A stretch of DNA of 64,000 nucleotides from Candidatus Binatia bacterium (GCA_963664015.2 CAXXLF010000001.1:768001-832000), one strand, 5' to 3'; positions 30,875-40,859 are shown, numbered from the stretch's first letter. Program-made: numbers and translations. Notes: generated by a model not told the origin, from the sequence alone.

Positions 30875-32221
30875 ATGAACTACAATGCATGGTTCCAGTG
30901 CATCAACGGCTGTAAAGGGCAATTTAGCCTGCTGGAAACCATCTATCGCTGCCCATCGTGCAACAATCTGCTCGAGGTGCAGCATGACATCAACGCACTG
31001 AAGACCAGGGCCCCCGCGGCCTGGATGCGACTCTTCGACGACCGGAGACATCAGAACACCTATCCCTATGGCTCGGGTGTCTGGGCGAAAAAGGAATGGG
31101 TCGTTCCATTCATCGAGGACCAAAACATCGTCTCCACTTACGAAGGCAACAGCAATCTCTTCTGGGCAGACCGGTACGGCAAGCAGCTCCATCTAGAGGA
31201 CCTGTGGGTCAAGCAGTGCGGCAACTCACATACTGGGTCGTTCAAAGACCTTGGGATGACAGTGCTGGTTTCCGTTGTCAAACAGATGATAGCCAATGGC
31301 GCTCCCATCGACGTGGTGGCCTGTGCCTCGACTGGCGACACCTCCGCGGCTCTGGCCGCTTACTGTGCAGCGGCCGGCATACCCTCCATCGTATTGTTGC
31401 CGCGCAACAAGGTGTCTCCCGCACAGCTCGTTCAACCCCTCGCCAACGGAGCGCTCGTGCTTTCCCTGGATACGGATTTCGATGGCTGCATGAGCATCGT
31501 GGAAAAGCTTACAGAGGATCGGCGCGTTTTCCTGGCCAATTCCATGAACAGCCTGCGAATTGAAGGGCAAAAAACCATAGCCATAGAAATCATACAACAG
31601 TTCGACTGGGAAGTACCGGACTGGATTATTATTCCCGGCGGCAATCTGGGCAACGTCAGCGCCGTAGGCACTGGCTTCCTTATGATGCATGAGCTGGGAA
31701 TAATATCCAAATTACCGCGCATCTGTGTTGCACAGGCTCAGAATGCCAATCCACTTTACCGGTCTTTCCAAAAAGGCTTTAAAAGCTTCACTCCCATCAT
31801 CGCGAAGCAGACCCTGGCCAGCGCCATTCAGATTGGTAATCCGGTCAGCCAACAGCGGGCCATTCGCACGTTGCAACGTTTCGACGGAGTGGTCGAACAA
31901 GCCTCCGAACAGGAGCTTGCAGACGAATCCGCCCGTGCCGACCGCACGGGCATGTTCAACTGCCCCCACACGGGTGTCGCCTTGGCGGCTCTGCGCAAGC
32001 TCGTCGACCGGAAAACAATTCGTTCCCATGAGCGGGTCGTTGTTATCTCAACGGCACATGGGCTGAAATTCGCGGACCAAAAAATCGCCTATCACCTCGA
32101 TAAACTGGAAGGCATACGCCCCGGACATCAGAACCAACCCGTCGAGATCAAGGCCAATATGCAACAAATTACCGATGCCATGAAGCGACACGTCGAGCGG
32201 ATGCGCCTTCTCGAAGGATAA
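30875..32221 (+). CDS. thrC: Threonine synthase (plant/cyanobacterial-like type)
   Basis: YGSGVWAKKEWV, GNSHTGSFKDLGM (PLP Lys), CASTGDTS, ANSMNSLRIEGQKT, PGGNLGN. Confidence 0.93.
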   Translation: MNYNAWFQCINGCKGQFSLLETIYRCPSCNNLLEVQHDINALKTRAPAAWMRLFDDRRHQNTYPYGSGVWAKKEWVVPFIEDQNIVSTYEGNSNLFWADRYGKQLHLEDLWVKQCGNSHTGSFKDLGMTVLVSVVKQMIANGAPIDVVACASTGDTSAALAAYCAAAGIPSIVLLPRNKVSPAQLVQPLANGALVLSLDTDFDGCMSIVEKLTEDRRVFLANSMNSLRIEGQKTIAIEIIQQFDWEVPDWIIIPGGNLGNVSAVGTGFLMMHELGIISKLPRICVAQAQNANPLYRSFQKGFKSFTPIIAKQTLASAIQIGNPVSQQRAIRTLQRFDGVVEQASEQELADESARADRTGMFNCPHTGVALAALRKLVDRKTIRSHERVVVISTAHGLKFADQKIAYHLDKLEGIRPGHQNQPVEIKANMQQITDAMKRHVERMRLLEG

Positions 32222-33486
32222 TGGACAACGAGAATAACCCTAAAGGTTCGGGCGAGGGTGCTTCACCCAAGCGCACCAAGACCGAGAATCCTCCAAGCGA
32301 AACAAACCCCAAAGAGAAACTGGGGATCAGCACCCTCGCCGTCCATGCGGGGGAGCCCCATCCCAAGCTCGGCAACGCACTTGCGACGCCGATCATTCAG
32401 ACGGCCACCTACACCTTTGCCGATACGGCGGAACTTCGCGACCACTTCGAGCGGCGCATCGAGCGTGAAGAGTACGGCCGTTACGGCAATCCAACCCAGC
32501 GCATCGCCGAGCAGAAACTAGCCGTTCTCGAAGGGGCTGAGGATTGTTTGCTCTTTTCCAGCGGTATGGCAGCCATCACCACGGCCCTGTTCGCCATGCT
32601 CTCACGAGGCGCCCATGTGGTGGTTACCGACGATTCGTATCGCCGCACACGCCAGTTTTTAACACAGGTATTGAACCGTTACGGAATCGAGGTGTCCATT
32701 GCGCCGGCGGGAGATTACGAGGCCATTGAAGACTCCCTCCGTCCCGCCACAAGAGTCCTGATCAGCGAGTCTCCGACCAATCCCTACAACTACGTCCTAG
32801 ATCTGGAACGCTTCGCGGATATCGGGAAACGACATCGGGTCACGACGATCATCGACGCCACCTTCGCAACGCCTTTCAACCAGCGACCGCTGGAGTTTGG
32901 CATAGACCTGGTATTACACTCGGCCACCAAGTATCTAGGCGGCCACAACGACCTGCTGGCGGGAGCCGTCCTGGGAACCGCCGCAATGATCGACGGGATT
33001 CGGGCCCTACAGGGTGTCACAGGGGCCGTCCTGGATCCCTTTGCGGCCTATCTGTTACTTCGCGGCTTGAAAACCTTTGCGCTTCGCATCGAGCGGCAAA
33101 ACGCCAACGCTCAGGCCCTCGCCGAATTCCTCGCCACCCACCCGCGAGTCACCACGGTTCATTATGCGGGTTTGCCTAGCCATCCTCACCACCAGGTCGC
33201 ACGGCGTCAGATGAAAGGCTTTGGCGGGGTAGTCTCCTTTGAGGTCAAAGGAAATCTGGAAGAGACGTCAAACATCGTGGACCGCTGTCGCATCCCGCAA
33301 ATCGCCCCCTCCCTGGGAGGCGTGGAAAGCCTGATCGAGCAGCCGGCGTTGATGAGTTTCTACGAACTCACGACAGAGGAAAGACTTTCCGTCGGAATCA
33401 AAGACAATCTGATCCGATACTCGGTTGGCATCGAGGATGCAAAAGACCTGATTGCCGATCTCGCAAATGCCCTCAAAAAGAGCTAG
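32221..33486 (+). CDS. metB: Cystathionine gamma-synthase (Cys/Met metabolism PLP enzyme)
   Basis: YGRYGNPT, SSGMAAI, ESPTNP, HSATKYLGGHND; TAATG overlap with thrC. Confidence 0.85.
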   Translation: MDNENNPKGSGEGASPKRTKTENPPSETNPKEKLGISTLAVHAGEPHPKLGNALATPIIQTATYTFADTAELRDHFERRIEREEYGRYGNPTQRIAEQKLAVLEGAEDCLLFSSGMAAITTALFAMLSRGAHVVVTDDSYRRTRQFLTQVLNRYGIEVSIAPAGDYEAIEDSLRPATRVLISESPTNPYNYVLDLERFADIGKRHRVTTIIDATFATPFNQRPLEFGIDLVLHSATKYLGGHNDLLAGAVLGTAAMIDGIRALQGVTGAVLDPFAAYLLLRGLKTFALRIERQNANAQALAEFLATHPRVTTVHYAGLPSHPHHQVARRQMKGFGGVVSFEVKGNLEETSNIVDRCRIPQIAPSLGGVESLIEQPALMSFYELTTEERLSVGIKDNLIRYSVGIEDAKDLIADLANALKKS

Positions 33487-33535
33487 CACCCCAATCCTTA
33501 AAGCACTGATCTAATCGCCTGTTGAATCAAGCATT

Positions 33536-33847
33536 CTAGCGGTCGATTTTCTTCTTAATGTATCGTTTGATTCGATGGTAAGAGTAATCCAATTGGGTCA
33601 GCAGACTCTTCTGTCGATCCGCAATCATCCGAAGCTCTATTTTCTTGACCTGATCGCTGAAGGCCTTTGTCTCTCCGTTTGGTTCGATGATTCGGGTCAC
33701 GCCCTCTTGGGATTTGGCGTCGAGAGCCCGACTTCCCACACCTTCAGAAGTAAAAAGGACCTCTTTTTTCCGCTCCTGATAATCCACCCAGACCAAGGCC
33801 CCTATTACAATGAGGACAAGAACAAATATAAAAGTCCGCCGACTCAT
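33536..33847 (-). CDS. Small hypothetical protein with N-terminal membrane anchor
   Basis: 103 aa ORF, basic N-terminus followed by a hydrophobic helix. Confidence 0.55.
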   Translation of the reverse strand: MSRRTFIFVLVLIVIGALVWVDYQERKKEVLFTSEGVGSRALDAKSQEGVTRIIEPNGETKAFSDQVKKIELRMIADRQKSLLTQLDYSYHRIKRYIKKKIDR

Positions 33848-34074
33848 GATGATTCAGGACAGCCTACGGCTGCTTCGAAGCTGTACCTATCCTCTGCACT
33901 TCTACACGGTGCTTAACCTGTCCGTCAATACGGGCCCGCCCCGAGAAGGCATTGTTCACCCACCTGGTTATCATTGACACGGGAAGTCTGTTTCGGCTAG
34001 TCTCAGCCGGTCGTCATCACCGGGGCTTGGACACCGAAGCAAAGGCAGGAAAACACTATCGCAGGAATGGTACC

Positions 34075-34905
34075 ATGTTGAATACCAAGATCAGACATGT
34101 CGCGACCATGAGCGAGAACTGTCCTCGGCTGGCAAAGTTTTACGAAGCTGTTTTTGGCATGAAACGGTTCAAGTCCGGACCGGAGCCCGATGACCTTTCG
34201 CTAAAATTAAAGCCTAAGGCCATAACCGTCAGTGACGGTTATGTGGGATTCAACTTCAATCCCAGGAAACCAGGTCGACCAGCGGCACTGGATCACTTCG
34301 GCTTTGAAGTAGACAATGCACAGGACGCCTGCGCTCGCCTCCGTGACAAATACCCTGAGGTCAAGGTCTTGAGCCGCCCTTCCAATCGACCCTTTGCCGG
34401 GCTCACCACCCATGACCCGGCGGGGAACATCTTCGACCTATCACAAAAGCAGATGATTAACCGACGGGACGTCTACGTTGCCGAAGGTTGGACGGCACAA
34501 CGCTCCCTGCACCATTTCGTACTGCGCGTGTTGGACCCGCCTTCAATCGCCAGGTTCTACAAGGAGATTTTTGAGCTCGAAGAGCAAGAAAAGGCCCTGG
34601 AGGACCCCAATATTTATTTATCCGACAGGAGGGTGACTATGGTCATTGCCCCCTGGGACATTACCAACTTCAAAGGAACCGGGGTCGAGCGGCCCAGCAT
34701 GGATCACCTAGGTTTCAAAGTCGAAAGCATCGCCGCGGTCAAAAGCGATCTAGAGGAACTCGCCAATTCCGATCCAACCAGCGCCGCCCGGCCGGTGGGG
34801 GTCGGTCCCGAAAGTGAGGCACGGCTCGCCCTTCTGTCGACCTGCCGTTACGGGAAATCACAACTTTCCGATCCCGATTGCGTTTTCATTGATATTCATG
34901 CATAG
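34075..34905 (+). CDS. VOC (glyoxalase/bleomycin resistance) family two-domain protein
   Basis: IRHVA..FYEAVFGM, LDHFGFEV, DPAGNIFDL, second repeat LHHFV..MDHLGFKV..DPD. Confidence 0.8.
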   Translation: MLNTKIRHVATMSENCPRLAKFYEAVFGMKRFKSGPEPDDLSLKLKPKAITVSDGYVGFNFNPRKPGRPAALDHFGFEVDNAQDACARLRDKYPEVKVLSRPSNRPFAGLTTHDPAGNIFDLSQKQMINRRDVYVAEGWTAQRSLHHFVLRVLDPPSIARFYKEIFELEEQEKALEDPNIYLSDRRVTMVIAPWDITNFKGTGVERPSMDHLGFKVESIAAVKSDLEELANSDPTSAARPVGVGPESEARLALLSTCRYGKSQLSDPDCVFIDIHA

Positions 34906-35045
34906 GGCGAATAGAGAAGAGATATCCATTGGACTTTTGAATTTGGAGACACGGGTCCCCTCAAGGTCTTTTTAATGAAGCCTCCACGGGCTTACGCCCA
35001 TAGTCTTCTGCGAAGGCGGATCGAAAGGTTGACCCGCTAGCGTTT

Positions 35046-36257
35046 ATGAAAGAAGCCGACCACAACCCACCTTTGTCTGGATACCGCGTGTTGGACCTGG
35101 CGGGGCCAATGGCCTTTCATTGCGTAAAGCTTCTCGCCGACATGGGCGCGGATGTGTTGAAGATAGAGCCACCGGGAGGCGACCCAGCCCGCAGGATCCC
35201 GCCCTTCAAGGACGACCAGCCCCATCCTGAAAAAAGCCTTTATTTCCTGCACTACAATTCCAACAAGCAAGGTATCACCCTGAATTTAAACTCAGCCGAC
35301 GGCCGGGCCATCTTTTTGGAACTTGCTCGCTCCGCCGACGTCGTCATCGAGACCTTTCGTCCCGGGCATATGGAAGGGCTGGGCCTGGGGTACAATGTGT
35401 TGAGTGACGTGAATCCGGGCCTGATCATGGCATCCGTAACTCCCTTTGGACAAACGGGTCCCTGGCGGGATTATGAGGCGATGGATATTGCCGGCCTGGC
35501 GCTCAGTAATCTGATGATCCTCACGGGAGAACCCGGAGAGCCCCCGGTTCAAGGCCCCGGTGAACTGGCATACGGAATGGCCTCGACCTACGGCGCCTTT
35601 GGGATCGCCACCGCCCTGTACCATCGGCTGGAAGTCGGCAAGGGCCAGCAGATCGATGTGTCGATGCACGAATGCGCGGCCCACATTGCCGGTTATTTCA
35701 TCCCCAATTACGCTTACAGTGGGGCCATGCCCGACCGCGCCTCGCGTACAGGAGAAGAGACGGATCTATACGACCCGTACCCGGCGAAGAACGGGTATGT
35801 ACGGCTGTTCATTATCCCGGTAGAGCAGTGGCGGCGGCTGGTAGACTGGATGGGCCGTCCAAAGCAGATCGCTGATCCGGCCTTTGAAAAGATGGAGTTT
35901 CGTCGGAAACACTCGGAAATCGTTCACACCATCATCAGTGATTTCTGCGCGCGGCATACCAAAGAGGAGCTCTACGAGGAGGGGCAGCGGCGCCGCATCA
36001 GCGTTACTCCTATCAATACGCCACGGGAATTCATGGAGAGCGCCCATACGAAGGCCCGGCAAATTTTTATTGAGATGGAGCATCCGGTCGTTGGCACGTA
36101 CCAGCACTATGGGGCAATCCCCAAATTCAGCGATTCACCGGGGCGGGTAACCAGAACTGCACCATTGATCGGAGAACACAATGAGGAGATCTACCGTGGC
36201 CGGCTTGGACTCTCCAAAGAAGACCTGTTCGCATTAACGGCCGCCGGCATCATCTAA
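35046..36257 (+). CDS. Class III CoA transferase (CaiB/BaiF), subunit 1
   Basis: RVLDLAG, LADMGADVLKIEPPGGD, NSNKQGITLNL, FGQTGP. Confidence 0.92.
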   Translation: MKEADHNPPLSGYRVLDLAGPMAFHCVKLLADMGADVLKIEPPGGDPARRIPPFKDDQPHPEKSLYFLHYNSNKQGITLNLNSADGRAIFLELARSADVVIETFRPGHMEGLGLGYNVLSDVNPGLIMASVTPFGQTGPWRDYEAMDIAGLALSNLMILTGEPGEPPVQGPGELAYGMASTYGAFGIATALYHRLEVGKGQQIDVSMHECAAHIAGYFIPNYAYSGAMPDRASRTGEETDLYDPYPAKNGYVRLFIIPVEQWRRLVDWMGRPKQIADPAFEKMEFRRKHSEIVHTIISDFCARHTKEELYEEGQRRRISVTPINTPREFMESAHTKARQIFIEMEHPVVGTYQHYGAIPKFSDSPGRVTRTAPLIGEHNEEIYRGRLGLSKEDLFALTAAGII

Positions 36258-36287
36258 TGGGTAATAAGTTGATAAAACTTTCTGTTT

Positions 36288-36473
36288 GCAGGCTGGTCAA
36301 AAAGAACTCAGAGGCGAGGCGCGTGAAGATTTGACGAGCGGAGGCGTACTTAGGCGGTACGTTGGAGCGAGGACCCTTGGAGCGAGAATGATTTCCGCAG
36401 CGATCGAGCGCAACAATCCTAAACGCCTGCTTGAAGCAGGCTGTTGGCATATGGGTCTTTTTCAGCAGTCTGC
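36288..36473. mobile_element. MITE/REP-like intergenic element with terminal inverted repeats
   Basis: GCAGGCTGGTCAAAAAGA at 36288 pairs imperfectly with TCTTTTTCAGCAGTCTGC ending at 36473; no coding capacity. Confidence 0.6.
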
Positions 36474-36485
36474 TGAGGAGAGGTT

Positions 36486-37694
36486 ATGGCAAAGCTAGCA
36501 TTGGAAGGGATCCGAGTCCTGGAGATCAGCACTGGCGCTGCGGGCCCCACCTTGGGCAGAGTACTGGGTGAATTCGGGGCGGAGGTCATCCGTATAGAGA
36601 CCCGTCTTCGGTCGGACGGGCATCGAGGCGAGAGCCCTGAGAAATGGAACAAGCGGCCCGACTTCGTCAAACTGCACAGGGGGAAAAAGTCGTTTACCGT
36701 GAACATGAAAACGGAAAAGGGCTGTAACCTGGTTAAGAATCTCGCTAAGAAGTGTGACGTTGTGGTGGAGAATTACGGCCTGGGGGTCGTGGAGAGATGG
36801 GGACTCGACTATCCGCAGGTGAAAGAGCTTAACCCCACATGCATTTTCGTTCGGGTCAAGGGTCTAGGCTGTACGGGCCCTCACGCGGCAGACCTGACGT
36901 GGGGTCCTAACGTGGCCAACCTCAACGGGAGTACTTACCTGTGGAATTACCCTGGAGCGTCGACTCCAACGGCGGAGCCCAGGAGCCAGCACCCGGATTT
37001 TATGGGTGGGGTCACCGGTGCCTTTGCGGTCGTGCTGGCGCTGATTCATCGGAAGAAGACCGGCCGCGGCCAATGGATCGACAGCGCGCAGCTTGAAATC
37101 GGGGCATCCGTTTTAGGCCCGAGGTACCTGGAATATTCCGTTAACGGTCGAGAGCCGCAACCCGAAGGCAACCGAAGCGTGGTGGCGGCACCCTACGGCG
37201 CCTATCGATGCAAGGGCGACGACCGGTGGTGCGTTATCGCCGTCGATACTCAAGACAAATGGGAACGTTTTTGCGACAAGCGGGGAGATTCCCAACTGGC
37301 CCGCAACGGGAAGTTCGCGACCCACCTTCAGAGGGTGCGTCACCGGGCGGAATTGGACCAGTGGGTTGACGCGTGGACCAGCGAACACGATCCCTACGAG
37401 GTGATGGACATTTTGCAGGGCATCGGTATTTGTGCCGCAGTCGTCCAGAACGTGGAAGATCAATTCAAGCATGATGTGCAGTACGCTACCACTGGCTTCC
37501 TCGTAAAGACGAAGGAGCCTGAGGCGGGAGAAGTGGTCACCGAAGGGATCCCTCTCCGTTTGTCAGACACACCGGGGACCATGGACCGGCCGGCACCACT
37601 TATGGGCGAGCATACCCATGAAATAGCTTCCCAGCTGCTTGGCCTCAGCGATGAAGAAATCAATACTCTGGAGAAAGAAAATGTCCTTGTTTAG
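36486..37694 (+). CDS. Class III CoA transferase (CaiB/BaiF), subunit 2
   Basis: LEGIRVLE, GEFGAEVIRIE, HRGKKS, HPDFMGG (catalytic Asp), APLMGEHT. Confidence 0.92.
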   Translation: MAKLALEGIRVLEISTGAAGPTLGRVLGEFGAEVIRIETRLRSDGHRGESPEKWNKRPDFVKLHRGKKSFTVNMKTEKGCNLVKNLAKKCDVVVENYGLGVVERWGLDYPQVKELNPTCIFVRVKGLGCTGPHAADLTWGPNVANLNGSTYLWNYPGASTPTAEPRSQHPDFMGGVTGAFAVVLALIHRKKTGRGQWIDSAQLEIGASVLGPRYLEYSVNGREPQPEGNRSVVAAPYGAYRCKGDDRWCVIAVDTQDKWERFCDKRGDSQLARNGKFATHLQRVRHRAELDQWVDAWTSEHDPYEVMDILQGIGICAAVVQNVEDQFKHDVQYATTGFLVKTKEPEAGEVVTEGIPLRLSDTPGTMDRPAPLMGEHTHEIASQLLGLSDEEINTLEKENVLV

Positions 37695-37728
37695 GGTAAA
37701 TGTATTCATTCAATAAGAGGGAGCAATC

Positions 37729-38547
37729 ATGGCAGAACCCATCGTAATTTACGAAAAACGAGAACCTCATACGGCTATCATTCAGATGAATCGACCGGAA
37801 AAGAAAAATGCGATCAGCAGCGATCTCTACTGGGCGATGGAGGAGGCTTGGAAAAATGCAAAGGAGGATGACGACGTATGGTCGATTATTCTTACCGGCT
37901 CCGGCGATTCCTTTTGTGCCGGCGGTGACTTGAAAGAAAACCTGGCCTCGGCGCGAGGCGAGCTCAAGAGACCGCGATTTGGGAATCGACCCTACCCGGA
38001 CCTCCATGCCCTGGAAATGAACAAGCCCATCATCGCTGCAATCAACGGATTTTCCGTGGGTGGCGGCTTTGGCCTCGCCCTGAACTGCGACATCCGCTAC
38101 TGTGTGCCGCAGGCAAAGTTCGGGTGTTCCGAGGTGCGCTGGTCACACCTGGCCGCGTGGCCTTCCTACGTGACCACCCTACCTCTGGGATGGGCCTTCT
38201 GGTTTGGCTTGACCGGCCAGACGGTAGACGCGGAGACGGCTTTCCGACTGGGGCTCGTGCAGAAGATCTGCGAACCGGACAAGCTTCTAGAGGATTGCCT
38301 GGAACTCTGCGCAACCATCAATCAAAACGGAAGGCTTATCGCGGCTCATACCAAGGAGTACATCCACAAGCTGATGTACGGCATCCAGGGCTGGGAGGAA
38401 GGTTTCAAGCTGCACCGTGAGTACTATGCCCGCCTACGCCAGAGCAAGGACTACGATGAGGGCTCTGCTGCCTTCTCTGAGCGGCGCGACCCGAAGTTTA
38501 CCGCCACCTATTATGACAAGGACAAGAAGCCGCCGGGAGTTTCCTAG
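37729..38547 (+). CDS. Enoyl-CoA hydratase/isomerase family protein
   Basis: MNRPEKKNAI, FCAGGDL, KPIIAAING..GGG. Confidence 0.9.
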   Translation: MAEPIVIYEKREPHTAIIQMNRPEKKNAISSDLYWAMEEAWKNAKEDDDVWSIILTGSGDSFCAGGDLKENLASARGELKRPRFGNRPYPDLHALEMNKPIIAAINGFSVGGGFGLALNCDIRYCVPQAKFGCSEVRWSHLAAWPSYVTTLPLGWAFWFGLTGQTVDAETAFRLGLVQKICEPDKLLEDCLELCATINQNGRLIAAHTKEYIHKLMYGIQGWEEGFKLHREYYARLRQSKDYDEGSAAFSERRDPKFTATYYDKDKKPPGVS

Positions 38548-38677
38548 GTCAGCTCTATTTTCTTAGACCATTGGCCACCCTTGCAAAGGTGGCCGATCCA
38601 AAGAGGCTCCATTCGCGGGGACCCTTTGGGCAACGGCAAACCCGCAGATCCGCTAGATGAGCTCATTAGATGAAACC

Positions 38678-39113
38678 ATGAAGTTCCTATTCATTTGTTT
38701 CGCAAACGCCGGACGCAGCCAGGTGGCGGAAGGGTTGTTCAAGAAGCTCTCCAGACACGATGCGGCAAGCGCAGGCACCAATGTCGCGGAACTGTTGGCT
38801 GGGAGGAACCCGCTCAGCAGCAGGGTCAAAGACGCCACCGGTGGACAGACGGTCACTCCTTTCCTATTTGATGGAACAGGGGATCAACCCCGCCGACAAC
38901 ATAAGACAACAGCTCACTCCTGCAATGGTCGACGCCGCCGACCGAGTGATTGTCATTGCATCCAAAGAAAGTTGGCCCCCATACCTCGGACAGAGCCCCA
39001 AGGTCGATTTCTGGGACATCCCCAATGCTGTAGGGATGACTTCCGAGGCTGCGCATCAGATTTATGACCAGGTCAAGCAGCGAGTTCTCGCACTGGTTGA
39101 GGAAATAGGCTAA
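38678..39113 (+). pseudogene. Low-molecular-weight phosphatase/arsenate reductase family, frameshifted
   Basis: FICFANAGRSQVAE P-loop in one frame; QQLTPAMVDAAD..FWDIPN..IYDQVKQRV in another; shift near 38840-38860. Confidence 0.8.
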
Positions 39114-39163
39114 CGCATCCCTGCGTATTGCGCCACACCATGTATAATCTAACCCAAGGGCGA

Positions 39164-39196
39164 TACGACACCGCAAAGGCCCAAGAGGCCGCCAAC
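39164..39196 (+). repeat. 33-bp exact direct repeat of transposase-internal sequence 40134-40166
   Basis: TACGACACCGCAAAGGCCCAAGAGGCCGCCAAC occurs at 39164-39196 and 40134-40166. Confidence 0.95.
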
Positions 39197-39198
39197 GT

Positions 39199-40605
39199 TG
39201 CTTAGCCATTTGTGATTCTAACCCTCCAAGGGCTCACATTAGAGCTCAAGGAGGGCAACAATGGAAGGGTTCACCATGGCACGACGATCCAAGCAGGAGT
39301 ATTTACGATCCATCTATGATCGTTATCAGCACGCACCACGGGCACAGAAGGGAACGATGCTAGAGGAATTCTGCAAGGTTTACGGCTACAACCGCAAATA
39401 TGCCATCTGGCTTTTAAACCGGCCCTTGCCCGAGGCAACTGTACGCAAACGGGGTGCACCTCGCTCTCCTACATACAATCGGGCAATGGTAAGGATTTTG
39501 GCAAAGGTGTGGGAGGCCTCGGGGTATCTGTGCTCCCAACGTCTGAAGGCCGCCCTTGTACACTGGTTGCCCTGGATAAGGCAACACTTCGAGCTGACCC
39601 AACCGTTAGAGGATCAGCTCCTGGCCATCAGCGCCCGTCAGATGGATCGGCGCCTGAGGGAAACCAAGCACATCGTGAAACGCCGACTCTATGGCACCAC
39701 TCGGCCCGGATCGCTACTAAAGCAGATGATCCCGATTAAGACCGATCACTGGGATGTGAACCGGCCGGGCTATCTGGAGATTGACCTGGTGTCACACTCA
39801 GGGGCCTCAGCGGTTGGGGAGTTTGTCCATAGTCTGGACTGTGTCGACATTGCTACCTGCTGGGTAGAGCGCAAGGCCGTCATGGGTAAGAGCGCTTTGG
39901 GTGTCTTGAATGCGGTCACCGAGATCGAACACCAGCTTCCTTTTCCCCTCAAGGGGATCGACTCCGACAACGGCAGTGAGTTTATCAACAACCGCCTTCT
40001 TGCCTTCTGTCAACAACGCCCAGCTGGCCACACCATTCAGTTCACCCGCTCGCGTCCCTACAAAAAAGATGACAACGCGCACATCGAGCAGAAAAACTGG
40101 ACCCATGTCAGAAAGCTTATGGGCTGGGATCGCTACGACACCGCAAAGGCCCAAGAGGCCGCCAACCAGCTCTATGATGAGCTTAGGATCTTCCAGAATC
40201 TGTTCCAGCCCTCCATGAAGCTGCGATGCAAGATCCGTATAGGCTCTCGACTTATTCGCCGCTATGACACGCCTCGTACCCCGTTCGAACGGGTCGTGGA
40301 GTCCCGAAAGGGAGACCCCAAAAAGCTGGCAGCCCTCAAGCACACGCTTAAGACAACTGATCCCTTCGAGCTCTCTACCCGAATCGATCAGCAACTGCAG
40401 CGGATCTACAAGCTGGCCAGCCATGCAGACAGAGCCCCACGAGAGAGACCACCGCTGAAACAAACGCCGTGGAGAAACTGGACCTTCAGCAAGAAACTAC
40501 AGCGCCAACAACAGGACATGAAACGACAGATGCGAGACGACTTCGGTTAGATTTTGTAATGACGCAACGAATCCCGCTAGGGTTAGATTTTTTGATGGCT
40601 TAACA
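39199..40605 (+). mobile_element. Insertion sequence (about 1.4 kb) with TG...CA ends and imperfect 27-bp IRs
   Basis: Left TGCTTAGCCATTTGTGATTCTAACCCT vs reverse complement of right end TGTTAAGCCATCAAAAAATCTAACCCT (19/27); extra subterminal copy at 40545-40569; no TSD evident. Confidence 0.8.
39261..40550 (+). CDS. DDE (rve integrase-core) transposase, ISNCY/IS481-like
   Basis: GYLEIDLVSH, GIDSDNGSEF, RSRPYKKDDNAHIEQKN; N-terminal HTH. Confidence 0.92.
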   Translation: MEGFTMARRSKQEYLRSIYDRYQHAPRAQKGTMLEEFCKVYGYNRKYAIWLLNRPLPEATVRKRGAPRSPTYNRAMVRILAKVWEASGYLCSQRLKAALVHWLPWIRQHFELTQPLEDQLLAISARQMDRRLRETKHIVKRRLYGTTRPGSLLKQMIPIKTDHWDVNRPGYLEIDLVSHSGASAVGEFVHSLDCVDIATCWVERKAVMGKSALGVLNAVTEIEHQLPFPLKGIDSDNGSEFINNRLLAFCQQRPAGHTIQFTRSRPYKKDDNAHIEQKNWTHVRKLMGWDRYDTAKAQEAANQLYDELRIFQNLFQPSMKLRCKIRIGSRLIRRYDTPRTPFERVVESRKGDPKKLAALKHTLKTTDPFELSTRIDQQLQRIYKLASHADRAPRERPPLKQTPWRNWTFSKKLQRQQQDMKRQMRDDFG

Positions 40606-40859
40606 CGCCTGGAATCCAAGACGATTCTAGGCCTTGAATAAGTTGAAGAGACTTTTCCCCGATACATTTCAGCGCATTTGGGAACAGAGTGGAATAAGGG
40701 GGCCTGGGGCGAGTTTCCCCCTCTTGCAGAGTCTATTCCCAGTGACTATAGTGACGCCGTCTTTGAACAGAAACTCTCATAAAACGGTTTACGACAACAA
40801 TCATTCTCTCGGTCTTGATATCAGCAGTTCCTATGGGTGTCACCGCCAGTGATAAGTGG

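Noticed and set aside
34975-35022. IS200/IS605-like end hairpin (CCACGGGCTTACGCCCATAG); similar scraps near 58240 and 61450-61500
   Set aside because: Too short and degenerate, with no tnpA or tnpB nearby
39138-39233. CRISPR array
   Set aside because: Only two imperfect repeat-like units that match IS ends, and no cas genes; reported as an IS-associated finding instead
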